A stretch of 64,000 nt of DNA, from positions 12,103-76,102 of the forward strand of contig CALUJY010000006.1 in the NCBI GenBank assembly GCA_944321085.1, given 5' to 3'. The position numbers and the translations under genes are program-made. The notes beneath the pieces were generated by a model. It worked only from the letters and a program-made list of their open reading frames with translations, had not been told where the DNA came from and did no database searches. The stretch comes from an uncultured Barnesiella sp. Its GTDB lineage: Bacteria; Bacteroidota; Bacteroidia; Bacteroidales; Barnesiellaceae_A. Below, in pieces: positions 20,421-30,406 of this stretch (the first letter of the stretch is position 1; each line of letters opens with the position of its first letter).

Positions 20421-20471
20421 TCTCTTTGGCTGCAAGAAGTTCAGGTGTTTTATTAATCAGTAAATTTAAGT

Positions 20472-23288
20472 ATGTCAGTAAGGTTAAATAAAGTAGCGCG
20501 TGATTTGAATGTAGGAGTTCAGACGATAGTTGAGTTCCTCCAAAAGAAGGGTTTTGAAATTAATGTCGACCCAAACACTAAAATCAGTGACGAACAACAC
20601 GAGTTGCTCGTTAAGGAATTCAGTACCGATAAAAAGCTGAAAAAAGAATCAGACAATATCGGCCACGACCGTCAGAAACGTCCTTCATCCATGCCCAAGC
20701 CCGTGGAACGTGTAGAGTTGCATTCCCGGGAGTATGTCAAGCCGCAAGTGATAGGGCACATCGATCTCGATGCTCCTCAGACTCACGGCGTAGCCTCCGC
20801 GCCCGAAAAAGAAAAAACCGATACCAAACCTGACATCCCTCAAAAAGAGACCGTTGTGTCTACGCCGACGCAACCTACTCCTACACCTGTTGTAACTCAG
20901 CAGCGCGAACCCCAACATAAACCCGAACCGAAACGCGAGCCGGCCGAGGAACCTGTTCGGCAACAACCGGCAGAACCGGTACATTCGGAACCCGTTACGA
21001 CCTCCGAGTCTGTTAAACCCGAGGTATTCAAGCTCAGTTCGGTACCTGCGGCTCCCAAACCCCAAGTGTTGGGTAAAATCGACCTTGACAGCCTCAACCA
21101 GCAAACGCGTCCCAAAAAGAAATCGAAAGAGGAGCGTAAAAAGGAACATGAGGCTAAGCAGCGTGCAGCGGCTGCTACCGGCGCAACTCTTGCCGGTGGC
21201 AATAACGGTGAGCGTAAGAAAAGGAAACGTATCAATAAAGACCGTATAGATATTGAGAAGACGGCGCTTGCCATAGGTACCAATCCCGAGCGGAAGAACA
21301 ATAATAGTGGAAGCAACAGCAATAATAACAAGAAAAGCAGTTCGAAACCTATTGCCAAGCCGCCTAAACGCCCTGTTAAGGCCGAGGTAAACGAAGAAGA
21401 CGTTCAGAAGCAGATAAAAGAGACGTTGGCACGGCTCACGCAGAAAGGACAGAAAAAGTCAGCAAAATGGCGTCGTGAGAAACGCGAAGCATTCTCTACG
21501 AGAGAGCAAGAACGCGAGGAGCAAGAGCGTGCCGAGAGCAAGATACTCAAACTCACGGAGTTTGTTACGGCTAACGACCTCGCTTCGATGATGGACGTTC
21601 CCGTTAATAAGGTTATTGGTACCTGCATGAGTCTTGGACTGATGGTGTCTATCAATCAACGTCTCGATGCCGAGACTATCAATATAGTAGCCGAGGAGTT
21701 CGGATTCCAGACCGAGTATGTAAGTGCCGATGTGGCAGATGCCATTGCTGTCGAGGAAGATACCCCCGAAGAGCTTACGCAGCGTCCGCCTATCGTTACC
21801 GTCATGGGACACGTCGACCACGGTAAAACATCGTTGCTCGACTACATTCGCAACTCTAATGTTATTGCCGGAGAGGCCGGTGGTATCACCCAGCACATAG
21901 GTGCATACAATGTGAAACTCGAAGATGACCGTCATATCACTTTCCTCGATACGCCGGGTCACGAGGCTTTTACCGCAATGCGTGCTCGCGGAGCCAAGGT
22001 TACCGATATTGCCATTATTATCGTTGCAGCCGACGACAACGTCATGCCGCAAACGGTAGAGGCCATCAATCACGCTTCGGCTGCCGGTGTTCCTATTGTA
22101 TTTGCCATCAATAAGATTGATAAGCCCAATGCCAACCCCGAGAAGATAAAAGAAGAGTTGGCCAATATGAACTATCTTGTAGAGGAGTGGGGCGGTAAGT
22201 ATCAATCGCAAGACATCTCAGCTAAGAAGGGTATCGGAGTGAGCGAATTGCTCGAAAAAGTACTTCTCGAAGCCGAGTTGCTCGACCTGAAAGCTAATCC
22301 TAATCGTCGTGCCGTAGGCTCGATTATCGAGTCGACACTCGATAAGGGACGGGGCTATGTTGCGACGGTGCTGGTAGAAAACGGTACGTTACGCATCGGT
22401 GATATTGTGCTGGCCGGTACGCATCATGGTCGTATCAAAGCTATGTTTAACGAGCGTAACCAACGTATCACCGAAGCCGGTCCGTCGGAACCTGCGCTTA
22501 TTTTGGGTCTCGACGGTGCGCCGCAGGCAGGCGACAAGTTCAATGTACTCGACACGGAGCAAGAAGCCCGCGAGATTGCTAACAAACGCGAGCAGTTGCA
22601 ACGCGAGCAAGGGTTGCGTACTCACAAGTTGCTTACGCTCGACGATATAGGCCGTCGTATTGCCATCGGCGGATTCCAAGAACTCAATATCGTTGTCAAA
22701 GGTGACGTCGATGGTTCGGTAGAGGCGTTGAGCGATTCGCTCATCAAGTTGTCGACCGACCAGATACAGGTCAATATCCTCCACAAAGCTGTGGGACAAA
22801 TCTCAGAGTCAGATGTTACGCTTGCGGCAGCTTCTAACGCCATTATCGTAGGTTTCCAAGTACGTCCGTCGGTAGCCGCTCGTCGTTTGGCAGAGAAAGA
22901 GGGAGTAGATATTCGCATGTACTCTATCATTTACGATGCCATAGAGGAGGTGAAAGCTGCTATGGAAGGCTTGCTCTCTCCCGAAATGCGCGAAGAGGTT
23001 ATCGGTACGGCCGAGGTACGTGAGACGTATCATATCTCTAAGGTCGGAACTGTTGCCGGTTGCGCTGTCAAAGAAGGAAAAATGCGCCGTACGGCCAAAG
23101 TCCGCCTTATTCGCGACGGTATCGTTATCTATACCGGTGAACTCGGTTCGTTAAAACGCTTCAAAGACGATGTGAAAGAGGTTCTCACCGGGTATGAGTG
23201 CGGTCTTAATATCGCTAACTATAACGATATTAAGATTGGCGACCTTGTAGAGGCATACGAGGTTGTAGAGGTAAAGAAAGTACTCTGA
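20472..23288 (+). CDS. infB: Translation initiation factor IF-2
   Basis: G domain [20 protein letters not shown] and NKIDK. Long Lys/Pro/Glu-rich low-complexity N-terminal region. Confidence 0.95.
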   Translation: MSVRLNKVARDLNVGVQTIVEFLQKKGFEINVDPNTKISDEQHELLVKEFSTDKKLKKESDNIGHDRQKRPSSMPKPVERVELHSREYVKPQVIGHIDLDAPQTHGVASAPEKEKTDTKPDIPQKETVVSTPTQPTPTPVVTQQREPQHKPEPKREPAEEPVRQQPAEPVHSEPVTTSESVKPEVFKLSSVPAAPKPQVLGKIDLDSLNQQTRPKKKSKEERKKEHEAKQRAAAATGATLAGGNNGERKKRKRINKDRIDIEKTALAIGTNPERKNNNSGSNSNNNKKSSSKPIAKPPKRPVKAEVNEEDVQKQIKETLARLTQKGQKKSAKWRREKREAFSTREQEREEQERAESKILKLTEFVTANDLASMMDVPVNKVIGTCMSLGLMVSINQRLDAETINIVAEEFGFQTEYVSADVADAIAVEEDTPEELTQRPPIVTVMGHVDHGKTSLLDYIRNSNVIAGEAGGITQHIGAYNVKLEDDRHITFLDTPGHEAFTAMRARGAKVTDIAIIIVAADDNVMPQTVEAINHASAAGVPIVFAINKIDKPNANPEKIKEELANMNYLVEEWGGKYQSQDISAKKGIGVSELLEKVLLEAELLDLKANPNRRAVGSIIESTLDKGRGYVATVLVENGTLRIGDIVLAGTHHGRIKAMFNERNQRITEAGPSEPALILGLDGAPQAGDKFNVLDTEQEAREIANKREQLQREQGLRTHKLLTLDDIGRRIAIGGFQELNIVVKGDVDGSVEALSDSLIKLSTDQIQVNILHKAVGQISESDVTLAAASNAIIVGFQVRPSVAARRLAEKEGVDIRMYSIIYDAIEEVKAAMEGLLSPEMREEVIGTAEVRETYHISKVGTVAGCAVKEGKMRRTAKVRLIRDGIVIYTGELGSLKRFKDDVKEVLTGYECGLNIANYNDIKIGDLVEAYEVVEVKKVL

Positions 23289-23310
23289 TTGGCAGGATAC
23301 ATAAATAAAG

Positions 23311-23353
23311 CCGAGGGCGTTTCCTATCACTAAGGAAACGCCCTCGGTTGTTG
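23311..23353. terminator. Terminator hairpin between convergent infB and the esterase gene
   Basis: CCGAGGGCGTTTCC (23311-23324) pairs with GGAAACGCCCTCGG (23334-23347), a 14-bp perfect stem, followed by TTGTTGT. Confidence 0.8.
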
Positions 23354-23376
23354 TATAATGATATGCGTCGGTATGC

Positions 23377-24372
23377 TCAACGCATGTTATTGGCGATGTA
23401 CTCAGTCACTGTGAAATCTTTCTTTACGGTAGTGTCGCCGGGAACAGTTTCGCGAGTATCTGTCGAGAGACGTTCACCTTGGCGCACATAGCGCGATAAG
23501 AAGCTCAGAACGTCGTCGATATTGCGCGTCATGGGGGTCGATGCTATTTCGTGACCGGCGTTGTCGATGGTATAGAGGTAGCGTGAGGCGTCTATCTTGT
23601 CGAGGCTGCGTGCGATTGTTGCCGAGCCCCACAAACCGCCAAGCGTGGGAATAAATGCTTGTTCGTAAGGAACAATAGGGTCGGCATTACCATGAAATAG
23701 CATAAGCGGGCAGGGAGAGTTCTCCCATCGGAGCGTGTCGCGAGAGGCAATAGCCCCGGCAAATGAAATCACTCCTGCATAATGAAAGTCTTGTGGTAAA
23801 GAGGCCGGTTGCAGTCTGTTGCTTAAATAATATTCGGCTTGCAATACTGTGATGGCTCCTGCGCTCGAACCGCTTGCCACAATTTTTTCGGGCGCAATGC
23901 GCCACTCTTTCTCATGGGTAACCACATAAGCGGTGGCGTCGTAGAAGTCGGTGACAGCCGTGTCTATGGCGCATTGCAATGCTTTCATAAAATCGATAGG
24001 CGAAGCATGGTCGGGTATGGCGATTCTGCCCAATATGGCACGATAATCAGTCGAAATTACAACGTATCCGTTTCGTGCCAGAGTTTCGAAGTAAGGTATA
24101 TATCCTTCGGATGCCCTGTCCCCGCCTCTGAATCCGCCGCCAAAGGCAAATATTACGACCGGCTTTGCAGTCTCATTCTCGCGGCAAGAAGGTAGTTGGT
24201 ATTTGTCTAACATTAACGTGTCGTTTCCTTTGATGGCATATATGAAACTTTCCTTTTCTACGGCGGGTAATGTTTCGGTTGTGGTACGCTGCGAGCAGGC
24301 TGTTATTCCTAAAACCGCTAAACAGCAAATCGTGAAAAAAATGTGTAGACTTCGTTTTTTGATGGCAATCAT
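23377..24372 (-). CDS. Alpha/beta-hydrolase esterase/lipase, lipoprotein
   Basis: Lipobox LGITAC. Oxyanion-like FAFGGGFRGG, nucleophile elbow GSSAG and HGNADPIVP. Confidence 0.75.
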   Translation of the reverse strand: MIAIKKRSLHIFFTICCLAVLGITACSQRTTTETLPAVEKESFIYAIKGNDTLMLDKYQLPSCRENETAKPVVIFAFGGGFRGGDRASEGYIPYFETLARNGYVVISTDYRAILGRIAIPDHASPIDFMKALQCAIDTAVTDFYDATAYVVTHEKEWRIAPEKIVASGSSAGAITVLQAEYYLSNRLQPASLPQDFHYAGVISFAGAIASRDTLRWENSPCPLMLFHGNADPIVPYEQAFIPTLGGLWGSATIARSLDKIDASRYLYTIDNAGHEIASTPMTRNIDDVLSFLSRYVRQGERLSTDTRETVPGDTTVKKDFTVTEYIANNMR

Positions 24373-24462
24373 ACGCTGTATATATAAAAAGAGTGTCTTG
24401 TTTTGGGGATAAACGTATCGGGTCGACCTCCTGCTTTTGCATGGAAAAGTCCTTTTCTACGG

Positions 24463-26619
24463 TCAAAGGTCTATTTTCTTTTTGCGGTTGTGGTGAGTAA
24501 GACGTTTTTTCCAAGTAATGAGTTTGTCTATACCGTCGCGCAATCCTAATAATCCGTGAGAACTTGTTTCGACCGATTGCGAGAGAGGGTCGGCAAATGT
24601 AGGCGCAACCGCCACTTCGCCAAATTGTTCGGGATATATAACGAGCAGATTGTTATTGGCAAAGTATTGAGAGAGAAAAGCAGGGAGCTTCTCGTATTCC
24701 GGGTCGAACGAGACAGACGCGCGTCGTGCCGAAATAACGACGAACAGGTCGTCATCGAGTATCTCATTGGCGAGTAATAAAATATCGTTCCATGACTCTA
24801 CGGTATGATATTCGTGGCGTATTTCATATCGTTGTCGGGCGATGCAGGCACGTATATATGGAATTGTCTTTTCATAGGCATAGAAGATAATGCGACAGCC
24901 TATTTGTTGTGCCATGTGTGAGAGGCGGTCTATCCAGCGGGAGAAACCTGTTTCGTATTCGGCTTTGGGAGGTACAGCCACCACGATGCGTGTAGCTGTG
25001 GCCGGCGGATTGACACATTTTGTAATCCATACCATTTTGTGCGTGCCTTTGAGTATGGCTTCGATTTTCGAGCCGAAGAAAGTATCTACGATATTGGCTT
25101 TTCGGTGCAGTCCGATAACTACTTCGCTGATGTTTTTTTCTTTGATGGTATGAATGATTCCGCTGGCTATATTGAGGTCGTATCGGGACATAGGTATGAG
25201 TTGCGTATCGGCCGCCGAAGCAGTTTTCGCAGCCATTTCAAGGACTCGTCGTGCAGTAGTATGAGGCTTGTTGTCTTTGTCGTCGTTGACATAAAGGGCA
25301 TATAGCGGCGATTCCTTTTTGGGATTTTTCATCAGGAGCGCGATATTGACAAGGCTCTCTATGGTAGCCGGGTTAGCCACCGAGATAAGGATGCGTTCTT
25401 CGGTAGGAGCCTGCCCTATATCGGTTTTATCTTCTTGTTGCAGCCGCACGATGGTACTGCTTGCTGCACGTTCGGTAGTGATGGAGCTAACGGTACAGGT
25501 GACGAGTATCATAATGATAGTACCGTTGAGGATGGCATCGTCGAACATACCATATTGGCGGCCGATGATGACTGCTGCCAGCGAAACAGCTGCTTTGGCC
25601 GAGGTAATACCGAAGATAAGCCTGCGGTCGGAGGCCGTATAATGAAATCCCTTTTGTATAATCCATGCCGCAAGCCATTTGGTACCGATGGCAATGACAC
25701 ACATGATGAGGGCAACCCACAGCGTTTGCGGGGCTTCTACGACAGCATTGAGATTGATAAGCATACCTACTCCTATGAGGAAGTAGGGAATGAAGAGTGC
25801 ATTACCCACAAATTCGAGCCGGTTCATCAAAGGCGATACAGAGGGGATGTAACGGTTGAGCACAATGCCTGCAAAAAATGCTCCGATGATGGCTTGCAGT
25901 CCTATACATTCGGCAACGAATGACGATAAGAACACCAAGGCAAGAACAAAAATAAATTGCGTCACATTATCGCTGTAAGTCTTGAAGAACCAACGGCTTA
26001 TGCGTGGATAAACGTAAAGAATGGAAAGTGCGTATGCTATTACATATCCTGTGAGTTTCAGCCAATAGGTTATCGACATGTCGCCCGTGTGCATTCCTGT
26101 GATGATAGAGAAAACCACGAGTGCGCCTATGATGGCGAAGATGGTACCCGCTACGGCTACGGTGACAGGTGCATAGCGATTCAGCCCGTATCGACTTACG
26201 ATGGGGTAAGATATGAGTGTATGCGAGGCGAACATGCTCGATAAAAGCAGCGAGGTAGCCCAGTTGAGTTGCAGCAAATAATGACTTACTACCGACCCTA
26301 TCAGCAAAGGCAGTCCGAAGGTACACAGCCCGAATATAAATCCCGGTTTGCGGTTGCGGCGCAGGCTGAACATATCCATTTCGAGACCGGCCAAAAACAT
26401 GAGGTAAAGGATACCTACGTTACCGAAAATCTCGAAACTGCTGTCGCGTTCCAGCAGATTGAACCCATGAGGACCAACAATGATACCGGCAATGATAAGA
26501 CCTATGATGTGGGGAATGCGGAAACGATTGAGCAGGATAGGCGCCAACAGGATGATAGCCAAAACGATAAAGAAAATAAGTACCGGATTGGATATGGGAA
26601 GTGTCAGCGCAAAAGTCAT
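24463..26619 (-). CDS. Cation:proton antiporter (CPA family) with a large C-terminal cytoplasmic domain
   Basis: ORF trimmed to MTFALTLPISNPVL at 26619. About 11-12 TM segments with a Na/H-exchanger-like start (IPHIIGLIIAGIIVGPHGFNLL). About 300 aa of soluble C-terminus resembling tandem universal-stress-like domains. Confidence 0.8.
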   Translation of the reverse strand: MTFALTLPISNPVLIFFIVLAIILLAPILLNRFRIPHIIGLIIAGIIVGPHGFNLLERDSSFEIFGNVGILYLMFLAGLEMDMFSLRRNRKPGFIFGLCTFGLPLLIGSVVSHYLLQLNWATSLLLSSMFASHTLISYPIVSRYGLNRYAPVTVAVAGTIFAIIGALVVFSIITGMHTGDMSITYWLKLTGYVIAYALSILYVYPRISRWFFKTYSDNVTQFIFVLALVFLSSFVAECIGLQAIIGAFFAGIVLNRYIPSVSPLMNRLEFVGNALFIPYFLIGVGMLINLNAVVEAPQTLWVALIMCVIAIGTKWLAAWIIQKGFHYTASDRRLIFGITSAKAAVSLAAVIIGRQYGMFDDAILNGTIIMILVTCTVSSITTERAASSTIVRLQQEDKTDIGQAPTEERILISVANPATIESLVNIALLMKNPKKESPLYALYVNDDKDNKPHTTARRVLEMAAKTASAADTQLIPMSRYDLNIASGIIHTIKEKNISEVVIGLHRKANIVDTFFGSKIEAILKGTHKMVWITKCVNPPATATRIVVAVPPKAEYETGFSRWIDRLSHMAQQIGCRIIFYAYEKTIPYIRACIARQRYEIRHEYHTVESWNDILLLANEILDDDLFVVISARRASVSFDPEYEKLPAFLSQYFANNNLLVIYPEQFGEVAVAPTFADPLSQSVETSSHGLLGLRDGIDKLITWKKRLTHHNRKKKIDL

Positions 26620-26710
26620 AAGAATAAATATAAAGTTACATGTGGCACAGACAAGGCGGGTATGAGGGAAAATGCTTGTTGGGGAGTTCCCGAATACTCT
26701 TTGTCTTTTG

Positions 26711-26905
26711 GCAAAGATAGTGCAAATGAGAGCAAAAAGCAAAGTTTACTTATGCTTTTTGCCGAGTGCAGCCTATCTTATGGAAAGATAGTGCAAATGC
26801 TGGCAGAATCGAATTTACTTATGCTTTTTGCCGAGTGCAGCCTATCTTATGGAAAGATAGTGCAAATGCCGGCGAATCGAATTTACTTATGCTTTTTGCC
26901 GAGTG
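26711..26905 (-). repeat. Tandem array (2 full units plus 1 truncated unit, periods 71 and 69 bp) of a promoter-bearing module upstream of the antiporter gene
   Basis: Units start at 26713, 26784 and 26853 with AAAGATAGTGCAAATG...TTTACTTATGCTTTTTGCCGAGTG. The first unit carries the reverse complement of TATCTTTG (26712-26719). Units 2 and 3 carry TATCTTTC. Confidence 0.9.
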
Positions 26906-26968
26906 TATTTACTCGAAGCAAATGAAATCAGGCAAATGTTTTATTGGATAGGTTTTACCCCGGTGCGA

Positions 26969-27397
26969 TTATTCATCTTTTTTATCGAGAGGAAAATGTT
27001 TTTTGTTCTCTCGGCTGCGGCTTTCGTTATAGTGCGACAGTTCGCCACGTACCGAGTTGACAACATATAATAGTATTCCGACATCATCGACCAACCCGCC
27101 GGGTAAAATATCGGGAATAAAATCGATAGGCGATACCAAATAAATCAATGCAGCTATTACCAACAGGAGGCTTTGGCGGTTGTAATCTTTGTATTTCCCT
27201 TGTGCTATATCTGTTACATAATGCCACAACAACAGCAACAGCGTGCCTATTTCACGTAACCCATCTTTACTTATATAGCCGCGTACCCGCTTGGTCAGGG
27301 TTACCATCCGTGCGGGGTGCCGTACATATAAGGCTGCCACTCTCAGCCATCTGCCTCGACGAAAGTAATTCAATAAGTTACGGCTAACTTGTACCAT
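26969..27397 (-). CDS. YkvA/DUF1232-family membrane protein
   Basis: LLVIAALIYLVSPIDFIPDILPGGLVDDVGILLYVVN is the DUF1232 signature. Confidence 0.75.
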   Translation of the reverse strand: MVQVSRNLLNYFRRGRWLRVAALYVRHPARMVTLTKRVRGYISKDGLREIGTLLLLLWHYVTDIAQGKYKDYNRQSLLLVIAALIYLVSPIDFIPDILPGGLVDDVGILLYVVNSVRGELSHYNESRSRENKKHFPLDKKDE

Positions 27398-27414
27398 TTA
27401 ATGAAATGTTTGTA

Positions 27415-27422
27415 CAAAGATA
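27415..27422 (-). promoter_or_regulatory. -7 box TATCTTTG for the YkvA-like gene
   Basis: Plus strand CAAAGATA. Only 17 nt upstream of the ATG at 27397, implying a very short leader. Confidence 0.5.
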
Positions 27423-27545
27423 ACGCAAATGAAGGCAAAAGGAATGACGTAAGGCTTTAATTTTTTGTCGTAAACTCTTGCCCCCTGCATATTAAATGGC
27501 AAGTTATAAATGACTTGCTTATTGCTTATGTCAAGATGGGTCGTT

Positions 27546-27600
27546 CTCGGCAAAAAGCACAAGTAAACTTTGCTTTTTGCCCCTGTTTGCGCTATCTTTG
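27546..27600 (+). repeat. Single inverted copy of the 26.7-kb promoter module, forming the purT promoter
   Basis: CTCGGCAAAAAGCACAAGTAAACTTTGCTTTTTGCCCCTGTTTGCGCTATCTTTG. 49 of 55 positions match the reverse complement of 26712-26766 by hand alignment. It ends in the -7 box TATCTTTG (27593-27600). Confidence 0.85.
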
Positions 27601-27652
27601 TAATGCAATACCGTGCCGCGAAGTCGCGGTCGGCATAAATAAAAGACGGATT

Positions 27653-28843
27653 ATGGTAGAAATAGGGACTGTATTTACACAGGTGGGCAAGAAAGCCCTT
27701 TTGTGCGGTAGCGGCGAGTTGGGAAAAGAAGTCGCAATAGAGTTGCAAAGATATGGAATAGAGGTGGTTGCTCTTGACAAATATGCCAATGCTCCCGCTA
27801 TGCAGATAGCACAGCGCAGCCATGTACTGCCTATGCTCGATGGCCAAAAGTTGCGTGAGGTGATAGAGGCGGAACGTCCTGATTATATCATCCCCGAGGT
27901 AGAGGCTATTGCTACAAGTACGTTGGTAGAGCTTGAAAAAGAAGGGTATCATGTCGTACCTACGGCACGTGCGGCATACCTTACGATGAATCGTGAGGGA
28001 ATACGCCGTTTGGCTGCCGAGGAGCTCGGGCTTCCCACATCGCCGTATCGTTTTGCCTCGACACGCGAGGAATTCGAGCGTGCTGTCGGTGAGATAGGTA
28101 TGCCATGTGTAGTGAAACCCATCATGAGTTCGTCGGGTCATGGACAGAGTGTCGTGCGTACGGGACAAGACATAGACCATGCATGGCATTGCGCCCAAGA
28201 AGGAGGCCGTGCCGGTGCCGGTCGCGTGATAGTGGAGGGCTTTGTCCGTTTCGATTATGAAATAACATTGCTCACGGTACGCCACTCGGCAGGAACGACT
28301 TTCTTGAATCCGATAGGGCACATCCAAGTCGATGGCGATTATCGTGAGTCGTGGCAACCGCAAGCGATGAGCCCCGTTGCACTTGCCGCTGCGCAAGATA
28401 TGGCGCGGAAGGTGACCGATGCGTTAGGCGGTTACGGCATCTTCGGCGTAGAGATGTTTGTGTGCGGTGATAAGGTGCTGTTTAGCGAAGTTTCTCCCCG
28501 GCCGCACGATACAGGTATGGTGACAATGATTTCGCAAGATCTTAGCGAGTTTGCTCTCCATGCTCGTGCTTTGGTAGGGTTGCCTATTCCCTCGGTACGC
28601 TTCTTCGGACCCTCTGCATCGCGTGCCATAGTGGTAGAGGGTGATACCGACAAAGTGGTGTTTGGCAATCTTGAAAAGGTATTGGAAGAAGAGGGCGTGC
28701 AGATACGCATCTTCGGGAAACCCGAGGTGGTGGGGCACCGCCGTTTGGGTGTGATATTGGCAACGGCCGACACGGTAGAAGAGGCGCGTGCTAAGGCCGA
28801 ACGTGCTTACAACAAACTTGCTGTAACTGTTTTGCCGCGATAA
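27653..28843 (+). CDS. purT: Formate-dependent phosphoribosylglycinamide formyltransferase (GAR transformylase 2)
   Basis: ORF trimmed to [27 protein letters not shown] at 27653. ATP-grasp PurT sequence throughout ([27 protein letters not shown]). Confidence 0.9.
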   Translation: MVEIGTVFTQVGKKALLCGSGELGKEVAIELQRYGIEVVALDKYANAPAMQIAQRSHVLPMLDGQKLREVIEAERPDYIIPEVEAIATSTLVELEKEGYHVVPTARAAYLTMNREGIRRLAAEELGLPTSPYRFASTREEFERAVGEIGMPCVVKPIMSSSGHGQSVVRTGQDIDHAWHCAQEGGRAGAGRVIVEGFVRFDYEITLLTVRHSAGTTFLNPIGHIQVDGDYRESWQPQAMSPVALAAAQDMARKVTDALGGYGIFGVEMFVCGDKVLFSEVSPRPHDTGMVTMISQDLSEFALHARALVGLPIPSVRFFGPSASRAIVVEGDTDKVVFGNLEKVLEEEGVQIRIFGKPEVVGHRRLGVILATADTVEEARAKAERAYNKLAVTVLPR

Positions 28844-28980
28844 AACATAGGGCGGGCTGTGGTAAAATGTCATATTTTGCCATAGCCCCATCTGTATGAT
28901 TTGGTAATCTGTGCGATAAATGCTTTCTATATCTCCCGAAGGAATAAAGGGTGATGATATTATTGTAATATTGTGTGCTT

Positions 28981-29478
28981 ATGCGCGATTTTGCGGCGAT
29001 AGACTTCGAGACTGCCAATTATTATCCTACGAGCATCTGTGCAATAGGGTTGGTAGTAGTGCGTGGAGGTGAGCTCTGTGATAGCCTCTACCGCTTGGTG
29101 CGTCCCGAGCCCGAATATTATATACGTAAGTTTACCGCCATACATGGTATTCGTTACGAGGACACCGCGAAAGAACCGTGTTTTGCTCACGTGTGGAGTG
29201 AGTTTCAAGAAAAAATAGGCGATTTGCCATTGGTTGCGCACAATAAAGCGTTCGACCAGAATGTATTGCGTGCCACGTGTCGAATGTATGGCTTGGAGAT
29301 GCCCGATGTACCGTTCTATTGCACCTTGCAGCAAGCGCATCGCGTGATACCCCGTCGGGAGATAGATAATTATCGCCTGCCTACGGTGTGTGCATATCTC
29401 GGGATAGCTTTCGGTCGGCATCACAATGCTCTCGACGACGCCGAGGGGTGTGCGCGCATAGCACAACGCATCTTATAA
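28981..29478 (+). CDS. DEDDh 3'-5' exonuclease (DnaQ/epsilon-like)
   Basis: Exo I AIDFETAN, Exo II VAHNKAFD and Exo III HNALDDAE. The track ORF begins at a GTG (28975) and the ATG is at 28981. Confidence 0.8.
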   Translation: MRDFAAIDFETANYYPTSICAIGLVVVRGGELCDSLYRLVRPEPEYYIRKFTAIHGIRYEDTAKEPCFAHVWSEFQEKIGDLPLVAHNKAFDQNVLRATCRMYGLEMPDVPFYCTLQQAHRVIPRREIDNYRLPTVCAYLGIAFGRHHNALDDAEGCARIAQRIL

Positions 29479-29534
29479 CATGCACCCGAGCGTGGCGAAT
29501 GTTTTTTTGTATAGGTTCGGTATCGGGGGTATTG

Positions 29535-30137
29535 TCAGTTGTAAAAAGGTTCCGATGGGCAGTTGAGCCAAGCCCGATAGTGTTTTCCCAAATGTTTCAC
29601 TATCTGCACCCAATAGGCATTTCCGCACGCCGACATAGCCGATGGTACATCATCGAGAGCTGCGACTACCCAAGTCTTTTCGTCTATTTCATTAGCTAAT
29701 TGTCCCGGCTGCCATCCGCAGTATCCGGCGAAAAATTTGATGCGGTTTTCGTCGTAGGCTTTGCTGTTGATGTAGAGCATTACATCGTTGAAGTTGCCCC
29801 CTACCGATAGCCCGTTGCCCAAAGAGAGGGAGTCTGATATAATATCGTTGCCTAAGGTGTGGATATACATGAGTTTGTCGGTTTCGACCGGCCCGCCAAG
29901 GTATAGCGGAATCTCATGCTTGCAGTCGATGCCGGGCAAGACATTGTTCAAGACGACATCGGCACTTTTGTTGAGGATGAGCCCTATGGTACCTTCCGAT
30001 TCTTTGTGCTCTATGAGCAAAATGACCGACCGCTTGAAATAGGCCTCGTCTAACAGCGGTTCTACAATCAGTAGGTCACCTTCGTGTGGCGTCCGCTGGG
30101 GTTGCAAAACGCCAAATATATCTGCCCGTAATTTCAT
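29535..30137 (-). CDS. YqgE/AlgH-family protein (UPF0301)
   Basis: GDLLIVEPLLDEAYFKRSVILLIEHKESEGTIGLILNK and GGPV...GYCGWQPGQL are typical of the family. Confidence 0.85.
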   Translation of the reverse strand: MKLRADIFGVLQPQRTPHEGDLLIVEPLLDEAYFKRSVILLIEHKESEGTIGLILNKSADVVLNNVLPGIDCKHEIPLYLGGPVETDKLMYIHTLGNDIISDSLSLGNGLSVGGNFNDVMLYINSKAYDENRIKFFAGYCGWQPGQLANEIDEKTWVVAALDDVPSAMSACGNAYWVQIVKHLGKHYRAWLNCPSEPFYN

Positions 30138-30406
30138 CTAATAAATATTTATCCACAATTTACGGGTTTTGTTAGTAGGATGTTGCTAAATGGATGCTGT
30201 TTTGTGAATATTTAACACAATATCTGACGATAGGGTGATGTTTTTCGAAATAGTCGTATCTCGAAGAGGTACCAATGGCAGTATTATGTAAGTGCGGTTG
30301 CAAAAACAACAAGGTATATATGATTTATTTTTCTCATGTAAATTGTCTTTTCTGTTGGATGTGTGTACATTTGCATTATCTTTGTAGCATAAAAGTGAAA
30401 TCTGTT

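Noticed and set aside
26711-26905. Possible CRISPR array or minisatellite
   Set aside because: The units abut directly with no unique spacers. There are only about 2.75 copies and no cas genes in the window. Each unit carries promoter-like boxes facing the antiporter gene, so I annotated it as a tandem promoter-module repeat.
27398-28396. 332-aa ORF on the minus strand
   Set aside because: Antisense to purT. It would also run through the purT promoter. Shadow ORF.
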